A DNA stretch of 64,000 nucleotides from Phoronis australis (taxonomy: Eukaryota; Animalia; Phoronida). Shown here in pieces: positions 53,091-64,000 of this stretch (positions are counted from its first letter, which is position 1; each line of letters begins with the position of its first letter). Under the pieces are notes generated by a model, which saw only the letters and a list, made by a program, of their open reading frames with translations, was not told the DNA's origin and made no database searches. The stretch is from the NCBI GenBank assembly GCA_002633005.1, contig NMRA01000416.1, positions 206,759 to 270,758 of the forward strand, written 5' to 3'. The translations under genes were made by a program, and so were the position numbers.

Positions 53091-53569
53091 TTGTAACTAC
53101 TTTCTATGTCAGAGGCCCGGGGTCGGAGGTCGTGACCTTTTAAGAAAAACCGGGCTATTTTTGTCAAATAATGCTTTTACTCAAAACCAATTGAAAACTT
53201 AAATATAATAGAAATAAATTGAATTTATAAATTAAGGTTTACCAACTATTATAGCTTAAAACACGTATTTTTCACGCTAAGCTTCCACCGGGAAATTATC
53301 GTCTGCTAAAGTAGGTTACCACTGGTAACTGAATATAATTCTCAAGTCAAAGATCCTGACGACACGATACCCGCATTCAAACTATAGATCGGTGATTTAC
53401 AAGTAAGAGGACATGAGAGAAAATTTTCACTGAATTACAATATCACTTTTATGGAAATTATGTGTCTTATTTTTCGTAGCGTATAAGTACAGTACAATGC
53501 CCTTTGCTGAACATGCGATTGTTGCGCGTGCTCATTTAAGTATTCTATTTTCACTCTTGATGACGTCAG

Positions 53570-53650
53570 TCGCTGCGTGGTGTAGTGGTAAAGTCGGTGA
53601 TCAGCAATATAAACGTCCTGGGTTCGACTCCGTCCTCGGTTTCCCGCCAA
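53570..53650 (+). repeat. tRNA-derived head (SINE or tRNA pseudogene)
   Basis: GCGTGGTGTAGTGGTAAAG (A box) and GGGTTCGACTCC (B box). The anticodon and acceptor stems do not pair well. Confidence 0.45.
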
Positions 53651-53851
53651 ATCATTATCTCACTACTGAGATATCTTTATGGGTTATTACACGGTTGTAT
53701 CTGCCATTTGACGCTAATATTGTGGTATAAATAGTTTTACATGTGTTCATAATTGTTTTGGTTTGTAATCGCGGTTCTAAATCATTCATGTCCAATGTCA
53801 GCAATGTTTGTGTGTTACAAAGTAATTAAATCAGTTTTGGCCACAGTAAGA

Positions 53852-54244
53852 TTAAAAACCGGACGATTGATCGCCGCACAAATAAAAAAGTTCATGTCCA
53901 ATCAACGTTTCGTCTATTCATTAGACATCACCAGGACCATATTTACAAAGGACAGGAAGTCCCAACATACAGCTCAGGTAACATCCATAAAGTGAAGTGA
54001 GAGATACAGGGAATATACATGTAGTCAGTAGCTGGTCATCACCATAGTTGCACGGCCACTGAGCTCTGCTTGTTATTCAGAGAATCAGTAGCATGCTGGT
54101 TGTGAATGCCCAGTGACTCTTAAATGTACAGTAATTTCTTATTAGGTTCTCTGCAAATAATGCTAACTGAATTGGCTTGGTTATTGTTGCTAACACAACG
54201 CCACACGAACTTTTTTATTTGTGCGGCGATCGTCCGGTTTTTAA
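53852..54244. mobile_element. MITE with ~42-bp TIRs and TTAA ends
   Basis: TTAAAAACCGGACGA(TTGA)TCGCCGCACAAATAAAAAAGTTC at 53852 is mirrored at about 54206-54244. Confidence 0.75.
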
Positions 54245-54423
54245 ACTGTCACTAATTAATTTCAAATTTTCAGACTAGGTTAATTTTGCCATCTCCTGGT
54301 GGTTCCTGAATTTGGGAAAGTCGATATTGCCTGTTTCTAAAATAGGATACAAGCTCTGGCCTTGAGCATAGTAATTTATTTTTTCAAATTGGAGAATTTT
54401 TACTGTAACTTGTAGTTTCAAAC

Positions 54424-54624
54424 CTCAAGCTGTGTTTGACCATGTTATCACCAGCGGTCTTTCCTCCAAAAACATAGAGCTTCCCTTTGTATCCAACACT
54501 GCATGAGTCACAGACAGGTTCCAACAGTGGCGCCACATTTCTCCAGACGTTCTTTTCGATGTCATACTTCTCCACTGTAGCCACTATGTCACTACCAGAT
54601 TTTCCTCCAACAGCGAAAATATAG
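54424..54624 (-). CDS. Kelch-like protein coding exon 3
   Basis: Bounded by TGAAG| and |GTTTGA. Translates YIFAVGGKSGSDIVATVEKYDIEKNVWRNVAPLLEPVCDSCSVGYKGKLYVFGGKTAGDNMVKHSLR. Phase 2 in, phase 2 out. Confidence 0.9.
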
Positions 54625-54896
54625 CTTCAAGAGAAAATGTACCAACTGTTTAACTCAAAACAGAAGTTAGTAATTTAAATTACAAAATAAGACCCCCATC
54701 CTCCTTACAGTCATCACCCACCTGCACCCTTCACACCTCTTGTCGCATTCAGCCTCTTTTGTTTATCCCTTTTCGTAAAAGGTTGGTACATACGCAGCCT
54801 TTTTCGAAATTGCGAAGTAGCTAGATTTCCCAAAGTAATGAGTTTTCTATTATCATCAGTTAATGTATGCAGCAGCATTTAGTTGTCACCAGTTAC

Positions 54897-55080
54897 CTGT
54901 CCAGCACTGTCAAAGGGAACATGGCGCGAGCCATGTCCATGCTTGCCTTCTCACGCCATGACCTCGAGGTAGGGTCAAATACACACAAACTGTTGCTGAA
55001 CCGGTAGGCAGTTTTGTACATGCTGGGCTGGGCAAAACCACCCGCAACATAGACCAAGTTGTCACCAGTCACTGCACAAG
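54897..55080 (-). CDS. Kelch-like protein coding exon 2
   Basis: Bounded by TGTAG| and |GTAACT. Translates ACAVTGDNLVYVAGGFAQPSMYKTAYRFSNSLCVFDPTSRSWREKASMDMARAMFPLTVLD. Phase 1 in, phase 2 out. Confidence 0.92.
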
Positions 55081-56020
55081 CTACAACAGAAGATAAAGCT
55101 TGCTATTCAATTTGGCAGTTAGCGTTCTTTGAAAGTCACTGAAATTCAATATTTTGTCTAAGCAAACGGGTTGTATAAACAAACATGGTCAGAGGTATTG
55201 TGTTCCCTCTTAACATCTTCCTGTCTTGCTGATCAGATGAAAGTTGCTAGGTGTGAATATTATGGTTATGAAGGACCCTATAAAAATGTCCAAATTTGGC
55301 AAATTTCAGAACATCATGTCTCAGAAACAGCGGATTGGATTTATACGAAACTTTCGGATACAATATTTTATGCACTATTCTCACATAAGCTACGTAATAT
55401 TTCAGGCATTCCACTAAGATTCTCACTAGCGAAGTGAAAAAATCAGCTGCACAGCAACCTTCCATCTTTGGAAAGAAATAACACTGTTTTAGGTTAAACC
55501 AAATATCGTACTCAACCACCAAATTGTAGTTAACTTTGAATAGACGTTTTTCATCATGAATCCATAATTACATATGTGATGCGCCTACTAGAACATGATA
55601 AAAATTGTCGGAGTGGCACCATTGAAGTGCACTTATCTTAAACTTCAAGCTTATTAGTAAGCCTGTTCATAATAGTTATGGAGTTTAGTTTGACCAAAAT
55701 TCAATCAAATCAAAATTAATGAGCTAGAGCAACACGTGGATGTCAAACTCGGAAAGTGAGGTACCAACAATTTCCAGTGGAAAAATGTTCCCCTTACCCG
55801 TAAAATTGAAATGCACGCTTTTTTTCTTCTTTGGTTCTACCTAAATCCGCCAACGAGCTAAATCAGACAATGAACGCGCGAGCCCATGCCATTCAATTAT
55901 AAAGCTCATGTTATAACGTCTTAAATGTGGTGTACACAGTGTCACACACGGGTCACTCCTCTATTTAGAATTTTAACGTGTAGTGACAAATAGAACCAAG
56001 TAAACTGCATGATTTTATAC

Positions 56021-57029
56021 CTGGTCTGAAAAAGCACTGCTTCGGTAACTGGCAAACCAGTGATAAGGTGTTATAATCAAAATCTATCTCTTCAACTACG
56101 GAGACCTTCTCTTTAAAGTTGTAGGTAAAAATCAGGACAGCACGCCTACATGGCATTCCTCTGCGAGGCATGAAGTTCAAATCCATCTCCAGCTGACGAG
56201 TCTTTATTGCGTGATAATAATCTACCGTGTTCAGCACTTCCTTCAGATCATCGCATTCACTGACTAGCAAATTCGTTTTCACGCTGTCCCATAAGTAGCT
56301 CGGAGCGATATTAGCGAATCGCACACAGCTCATAACTTCAAAGACTTTACTCTTTCTTGAGGTAATATCATATTTAAGCCAACTCAGGCACGCTTCATAG
56401 ACTTGCTTTTCGTCCGACACGTTAAGCCGATCATCATCCAAAATCTGGGCAACTTTGTCAACAGGTAACTCAAGGAATTCTTGATTATTACACACTAGCA
56501 CAATCTGGTCGTTGATCAACTCCTTGGCATTTTTAGCCAAAGTGTTGCACATGTGGGTGCAGGCGAAGAAATAAACGCCAATGCAGTTAGTCACATTCAA
56601 ACGTTTCATCATGAAATCCGCACACCCATCGCGTAATGCAATCAGCTGGAACATATTTGACGCGGACAACACATCCTGAACCGTATCCACACTAATCACA
56701 ACCTTTCCTTTGTAAATGAACTCGAGAATAAGTTTAAGGGTAAGAGGCGAAATAGACTTAAGTTCAACCTCACTCTGTTGACTCTCAGCCATGTTGGATG
56801 AAAACATGCCCATGAAATAAGGACTCGACGCAGCCAGCAACGCCTTATGACACGGAAATTTCTTCTTTTCAGCACACAAAACAATGTCAGTGAGGCAATT
56901 ACCCTCATAGAGTTTGATAAACCCTGTAAGGACTTCTGAACTTCTATCTTTATACTCAAAACACCAATCATCAATGTCTTTTTCAGTGGTCTTCACGCAC
57001 TTGGACACTGGGACGGCACTGTGCAACAT
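56021..57029 (-). CDS. Kelch-like (BTB-BACK-Kelch) protein, coding exon 1 (BTB and BACK domains)
   Basis: ORF 55965..57029 has a BTB signature (LTDIVLCAEKKKFPCHKALLAASSPYFMGMF) and a BACK domain (FLELPVDKV...LNVSDEKQVYEACLSWLKYD...VRF). Donor CCAG|GTATAA at 56021/56020, phase 1. Candidate acceptor TTTAG| at 57086, upstream of the ATG. Confidence 0.95.
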
Positions 57030-57103
57030 TTTTCAAGTCAGGAATCAAAAATGATGGGAGAAAGCAGATCTTTTCCTTTTTGTACCTAAACATAAAAGAT
57101 ATG

Positions 57104-60100
57104 TGGCACGATATAGGTTAAAGTGAAAACGCGCATTTTAAAATGTGTCGGTAATTGACGGTGAAATCGACACATTTCGTTTCGCAACTAAAACCCGCAA
57201 AAACTTGCAGATTAAACTACGATCACTGACTGGAACGTCACTTTCCGGCAGCGGGACACCGGGCGCGAACTCATTCTCCCAGTTGGTCCTCCGCCAATCC
57301 ATGGGTAATGGACACGTGGCCGCAGGGCAGCCGATCAGGCCTTATACATGTATGTGGACTGCTTCAGACGCCGTTCTGGGAGACCGCATAAAGTATATAT
57401 TCCGGCAATTAGTCGGTATCACGACCGCCAATGTCTCTGAACTTGAAACCGACACAAATGGCCAATAACCGACACATTTCTTTGAACGTAGAAAATTTCA
57501 CACACACACGCAGGGGACACTATGAGACCTGCAGCAGCGCTCCGACCTCGGAAGCGCAGACCCCGCAATTAAGCTGCCGGACTTGACTGCGCTGGACCGC
57601 CGTCTGGGGAGTTTTCAAAGATACCCGGGACACGAGCAGGGACTGTATCCCGGCCTGTCGATCGACCCCGCTGTATGTTTACCTTTGTTATATTTTCAAG
57701 GCACTTTGAGAAAGCGACACAAATGGCCAATAATCGACGCATTTCTGGGGACTTAGACATTTTTCACCACAACGTTTCTGACACCTACACAAATCACCTA
57801 ATCGACAAATTTTCTCGGAACTTAGAGAAACTTTCGCCCACTTACGCAGAGGACAGACCTGCAGCTGCGCTCCGGCCTCGACTCAGCGCAGACCGCCCGC
57901 TGGTTTCCGGACTTGACCACATGGACCGCCGTCTGGAGATTTTTTATAGATAGCCGGGAGACGATCAGAGTAGGGCCTGTACACTGGCCCGTCACTCGGG
58001 ACCCCCCGGCTACGTTTCCTTTAATTTGTTACATTTTAAACACAACGTTTTGAAAGCGACACAAATGGTCAATCATCGACACATTTTCTCGGAACTTAGA
58101 AAATTTCGCACATATACGCAGGGGACAGACCTGCTGCAGCCGCGCTCCGGCCTCGGCAGCGCAGAACCCGCAAGCTTCCAGACTTGACCGCGTGGACCGC
58201 CGTCTGGGGAGTTTTCACAGATACCCGTAACACGACTGGGGACTGTATCCCGGCCTGCCGATTGACCCCGCTGTATGCTTACCTTTGTTATATTTTCAAG
58301 GCTCCTTGAGAAAGCGACACAAATGGCCAATAATCGACACATTTCTTGGGACTATCTGTGACGTTTCTGAGTCCCATTTAGCGCCGAACGAAACTTAAGG
58401 TGGCCCTCGTACTAATCGACGCAAATGACATCTTAGTTGTGACCCGAGACGTACACTGAGTTTGTTGCCATATGAAACTTACCTTCCGGTGACGGGTACA
58501 GATTTCAAATCACAGAATTTCAAAATTACATCTATTAGAGACAACAAAGTTAAAATATTACTATATATATCTCGACACTTCCCCTTGCATGTAGTATCTT
58601 ACTATGCGCTGTGCCACGATAGCCTCGCGTCACCGAAGTCAGTAGCGCGGTCTCAGTGGGGACCTCTTACTCAAGCTAACATCAAACGCTTATTCACAAA
58701 AACTTCGGGGTCTAATGAACCAATTAAAGTACAGGGTCCCTGCGTGCGGTGCGGGATGAATGGAGATTCGTCGGACCCACGGCGACATACTGGCGGAATG
58801 CATGTACCAGAGAACTAAGTCGACTAAGTTTAAATGAATCGTTAATTGGTCGTTAATTAATAAGTGTCTTAATTAACAACACAAGAGTCTTTTATGTCAT
58901 AACTGGTATTTTTCTTCATTTGAAATAATATTTTATCCACAGTAGTAATCAAAATTTTCGCATTTCCTCTTTAACACAAGTTCATTTTTGGGGTCCTCTT
59001 ATCCCCTGGGGTCAACACCCCGTCTTATCTGTAAACCTCAGGAAAAATCGCGTCTTAAGTTGTGGATATTATGTCCAGAGTTACTAAACTATCTTTTGGA
59101 AAAAGAGTTTTTGGTTGCACTCAAAAGTTTAAATAAATCGTTAATTTGTCATTAATTAGTAGGAGTCTTAATTAATAACCCCAGCATTTTCGTGTCTTAA
59201 GTTGCATCACTTTAATTTGGGTGGTGATTAGAATGAAATAAACTTGAAACGGATGTAGAACTCGAAATGTTAATTAAATGGATTTTTGGCCCTCTTTTGG
59301 ACCCCACAGGGACCAAAGCCCAGGATTGCGAAACTTAAAAGAGGCCTGAACTACATGTTTCAGAATTTTAATATGAATTTTGAAAGAATAAAGGTTGGTT
59401 ACTGGCATCCACATATTCCTAAATAGTGCACAGTATTTTTCTTTTTTACTTCGAAAAGCAAAAATTTATTAGTTTCGTAAAGTCTCACTACAAGCGCTAT
59501 TTTTCGTGACGTCAGTGAGGCTGTGCAGCACAAAGAGATATAGGTCATTAGCTGTGCGAGTACAGTATGGCACGATATAGGGTAAAGTAAAAACGTGCAT
59601 TTTAAAATGTGTCGGTTATTGACGGTGAAATCGACACAATTCGTTTCTCAACTAAAACCCGCAAAAACTTGCTGATTAAACTACGATCACCGACTGGATC
59701 GGCACCGGGACAGCGGCCGCGAACTAATTCTCCCAGTTGGTCCTCCGCCAACCCGTGGGTAATGGATGCGTGGCCGCAGGGCAGCCGAACAGGCCTTTTA
59801 GTATGTGGACTGCTTCAGATGCCGTTCTGGGAGACCGCATAAAGTATATATGCCGGCAATTAGTCGGTATCACGACCGCCAATGTCTCTGAACTTGAAAC
59901 CGACACAAATGGCCAATAACCGACACATTTCTCAGAACATAGAAAATTTCGCACACATACGCCAGGGACACTATGAGACTTGCAGCCGCGCTCCGACCTA
60001 GCAGCGCAGACCCCGCAATTAAGCTGCCGGACTTGACCGCGCTGGACCGCCGTCTGGGGAGTTTTCACGAATACCCGGGACACGAGTACGGACTGTATCC

Positions 60101-62690
60101 CGGCCTGCCGATCGACCCCGATGCGTTTGCTTTTTGTTACATTTTCAAAGCACCTTTGAGGAAGAGACACAAATGGCCAATAATCGACACATTTCGTAGG
60201 GCGACTTAGAAATTTTTCAACACAACGTTTCTGAAACCTACACAAATAGCCAATAACCGACACATTTTCTCGGAACTTAGAAAATTTCGCACATTTACGC
60301 AGGGGGCAGACCAGCAGCCGGCCTCGGCAGCGGGGTAGACCCCGCAAGCTGCCGGACTTGACCGCGTTGGCCGCCGTCTGGGAAGTTTTCACAGACACCC
60401 GGGACACGACTAGGGACTGTATCCCGGCCTGCCGATAGACCCCGCTGTATATGCTTAAGGTTGTTGTGCTGTACTTTCAAGGCTCCTTGAGAAAGCGAAA
60501 AAAATGGCCCATATTCGACACATTTTTCAGGACTTAGAAGTTCTTCAACAGAACGTTTCTGAAAGCGACACAAATGACCAATAATCGACACAATTCACGG
60601 GACTTTTTTTCAATGCAACTTTTCTGAAAGCGACACAAATGGCCCATAATCGACACATTTTTCGGGAGTAAATTTCGCACATACGCATAGACGCAACTGC
60701 AGGGGGGCTGTAGCGCCCCGGCCTTGGCCAGCCCAGACCCGGATCCCGACTGGATTGCGTGAGCCGCCGTGTGGAGACTTTTTGCAGATAGCCGGGACAC
60801 GTCTAGGGACTGTATCCCAGCCGCCGCTCGACCCGCTATGTTTGCTTACTTTTGTTATATTTTCAAGATTCCTTTGAGAAAGCGACACAAAATAGCCAGT
60901 AAACGACACATTTCTTAGGACTTAGAAAATTTTTCAAAGCAAAATTTTCAAAACCGACACAAATTGCTAATAATCGATACATTTCTTGGGACTTAGAAAG
61001 TTTTTCAACGTGACGTTTCTAAGTCTCATTTAGCGCCGAAAAAACTAAGGTGACCCTCGTACTAATCGACGCAAATGACAATGATCTTAGTTGTGACCCG
61101 AGACGTACAGTTTGCGACAGGAAACTTACCTTTCGGTGGCGGGTGCAGATTTCTAATCACAGAATTTCAAAATTACATCTATTAGAGACAACAAAGTTAA
61201 AATATTACGACATATATCTCGACACTTCACCTTGCATGTAATATCTTACTGTTCGTTGTGCAACGATAGCCTAGCGTCACCGAAGTCAGTAGCGCGGTAT
61301 CAGTAGGGACCTCTTACTCAATCTAACATCAAACGCTTATTCACAAAACATCGGGGTCTAATGAACCAATTAAAGTACAAGGTCCCTGCGTGCGGAGTCG
61401 GATGAATGGAGATTCGCCGGGCCCACGGCGACATAATGGCGGAATGCACGTATCAGAAAACTAATCTGTAGTCGCTCCGTGACAATTACGGGATTATGTC
61501 GAGGCGTAGGCCTCAGGCGGCAGCGATAAACAAAATCGCCCAAGACTTTTCGCACTTGGGTCAGAAAATTTACTAAATCCCAAGAAATGTGTCATTTCAT
61601 TGGCCATTTAATTGTGACGCTTTCTCAAATAAAGAGCCTCAAGTTGAAAACAAGAGGTAAGCAAACGTAGCGGGGTCAATCAGCAGGCCGGGATGTTCCG
61701 GCTATCTGTGAAAAGTCCCCAGACGGCGGTTCACGGGGTCAAGTCGGCCTGCAGGATCTGCGCTGGCCGAGGCCGGAGCGCGCGGCAGTCCCCTTGCAGA
61801 TCTGTCCCTACATACATGAACGAAATCTTCTAAGTACCTAGAAACGTGTCGAATATTGGCGATTCAAGTTCAGTGACGTGTCGCTTTCAGAAACGTTGCG
61901 TTGAAAAATTATCGAAGTCCCCTGAAATACATGATGTGTCGACCGTTTATTTGTCATTTGTATCTCTTTGGCTATCTGCGAAAAGTCCCCAGACAGCGGT
62001 CCACGGCTGTCAAGTCCCGTGGCCTGCGGGGTCGGTCTGCGCTGCCGAGGTGCAGAGCTCAGCAGCTAGGTCTCTCCCTGCGTATGGCGAAATCCCGAGA
62101 AATGTGCCGATGTGGTCATTTGTGTCGCTTTCTCAAAGGTGCTTTGAAAATGTAACAAAGTAAAGCAAACGTAGCGGGGTCACGGTCGATCGGCAGGCCG
62201 GTATACCGCAATCCACAGTCATGTCCCAACTACCCGTGAAAAGTCCCCAGTGGTCTACGACGCGGTCATGTCCGGCAGCCTGCGGGGTCTGCGCTGCCGA
62301 GGCCGGAGCGCGGCTGCAGGGCTGTCCCCTGCGTACATGTGCGAAATTTTCTAAGTTCCGAGTAAATGTGTCAATTATCAGTTGGCCATTTGTGTCAGTT
62401 TCAGACACGCTGCTTTGAAAAAATTCCTCAGTCCAACAAAATATGTCGATTATTGGCCATTTGTGTCGCTTTCTCAAAGTTGCTTTGAAGATATAACAAA
62501 GGTAAGCATACAGCGGGGTCTATCGGCAGGCCGGGATACAGCCTTCTTTCCTAGTCGTGTCCCGGGTATCTGTGAAAACTCCCCAGACGGCGCCACGGTG
62601 TCAAGTCCGGCAGCTTGCGGGGTCTGCGGTGCCGAGGCCGAGCGCGGCTGCTGCTCTGTCTCCTGCGTAAATGTAAGAAATAGGTGTATA
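57104..62690. repeat. Modular GC-rich repeat complex: two direct copies (57104-58818, 59568-61464) plus an inverted arm (about 61560-62690)
   Basis: Both direct copies start TGGCACGATATAGG and share a unique head, an array of ~260-400-bp monomers and a unique tail. The motif GACACAAATGGCCAATAATCGACACATTT recurs many times and is reversed after about 61560. Confidence 0.9.
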
Positions 62691-64000
62691 CACTGATCAA
62701 ATCTCCAGGTTTCTAACTAAACTGAGTAAAAAGGGAGTTTTAACTAGTTAGACATGACTCTGAAAGTGACAAAAATCGAAAAAAAAAATTTTTTTTGTAG
62801 TTCGATTTTTTAAAAAAACGTATTTTTTAATTTTCAAAAAATCCAATTTTACCTCGATTTTTTTTTTCAAAATGCACAGGGATCATCATCAACTGTTTCC
62901 TTACGCAATATTCTACTTATCCATACCAAATATATGTATAAAATCATTATGATCTTGATTTTGTGGCATTTTTTGTGTGTGAGTTGGGGCAAGCACGCCA
63001 CTTTTTGTCATTTGGTCACTTTCTGTCTAATAACTAAAAATCTGGTCCATTTATCAAAAAACCCTGGCACGCGATTTTACTTCAGTCCTAGAGGATTTCA
63101 AATTTGCAACTTTCGTAAAAATTGACCCACGTGTTGTGGAAAAATAGGCCCGAGAATCTTGTCACTATCCTGAAATCACGAGCCGAGAAAAACGGCTTTG
63201 AAGTTAAGCGGTCCATCGATTGCCACTTGAGATCAAATTTCGTTCAGAATGCGTGGTCATTATGTTCCAATTTTTGTTGAAGTACTAGAAATAAAGCTGA
63301 TACTTACTTCTTGTTTAGAAAATGTGACATACCTGTTTGTTTACAGCGTAATATTAATCATTTTTTCGAACTTGTGAAGCACGACAGACGACCAAAACAA
63401 GTATGGCTGTCACGTGGGCGGAGCTTAGCGTTGATCTATTGTCTGCTGCACTGGTGTGCCGACCACACATTAAAACCATGTGTTGATTGTTTATACGATT
63501 CATCTGAACTCTCCACTCAGTATAGTAAAAGACACTCTATATGACACAGACTTATTTGTTAGTATTCCAATATTATCATCAACCAATATATGTGTTATAT
63601 CAAATCGCCGCGTTACTGTCTATTGGCGACGAGGATAAAGAACTACTTTCATAGTAATGGTTCAACATTTTACGTGCCTGTACCGAATGGACTTTCTGCG
63701 CAAATAGGTTCGCTTGGGTGAGATTCTCAAGTTACCAAAGTTTCTTATATTGCTTTCCTCTAGAATCGTATAATATCATGAGTTTTAATTCAGGATTACG
63801 TTTGAATCTATGCACTAGAAAAATTTTGTTATGTTGAACACTTGGTCATTTCTTTGGGTTACGGCCAGTGGCAAGTTAAAAAATCCTCTGGGTTTGACAG
63901 CCTAGTTTCTCCCGGCGCGTTCCCAGCACAGAAGCACGGTTTATCTGCGAAGACTCTTCTCTGACGGCATGTAGTTGCCAATGTGTCGCGCGCGCGGCTT

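Noticed and set aside
53570-53650. Functional tRNA genes here and at 44763 and 46870-46949
   Set aside because: A and B boxes are present but no complete cloverleaf forms. The 46.9-kb copy has a SINE body and TSD.
55965-56020. ORF tail GIKSCSLLGSICHYTLKF as the Kelch C-terminus
   Set aside because: It is read-through into intron 1 past the donor at 56020.
57440-62500. CRISPR-like recurrence of a ~29-bp motif
   Set aside because: The spacers are themselves repeated and vary widely in length, the repeats are degenerate, there are no cas genes, and the context is eukaryotic.
57145-62696. Many 60-227-aa ORFs in the GC-rich repeat
   Set aside because: They occur on both strands and in several frames, are not preserved between monomers, and show no domain signatures.

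Overview
This is repeat-rich metazoan genomic DNA, probably from an invertebrate (inference). It contains an 87-N gap at 26826-26912 and several single-N joins, so some structures may be assembly artefacts. One apparently intact host gene is reconstructed by hand on the minus strand: a BTB-BACK-Kelch (KLHL-like) gene with six coding exons (57029 to 43071, 1824 nt, 607 aa, all GT-AG with matching phases). Most other recognisable features are nested, decayed transposable elements. These include a Sola2-like DNA transposon with TIRs, DIRS/Ngaro fragments, a Mag-like Gypsy pol, and two Gmr1-type Gypsy elements. There is also a Hero-like non-LTR RT split by a 6.7-kb LTR-bounded insertion with a 5-bp TSD, an Academ-like transposase, an ISL2EU-like element carrying a tRNA-SINE, and many MITEs. 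The features most worth follow-up are a ~5.6-kb modular direct and inverted (foldback-like) repeat abutting the Kelch gene's first coding-exon acceptor, a Helentron-like element carrying seven co-oriented CTCF-like motifs just downstream of that gene, a spliced SAP-domain remnant and a minimal hammerhead ribozyme. I cannot establish a genuinely new system from sequence alone. Family assignments come from motif recall, not database searches.
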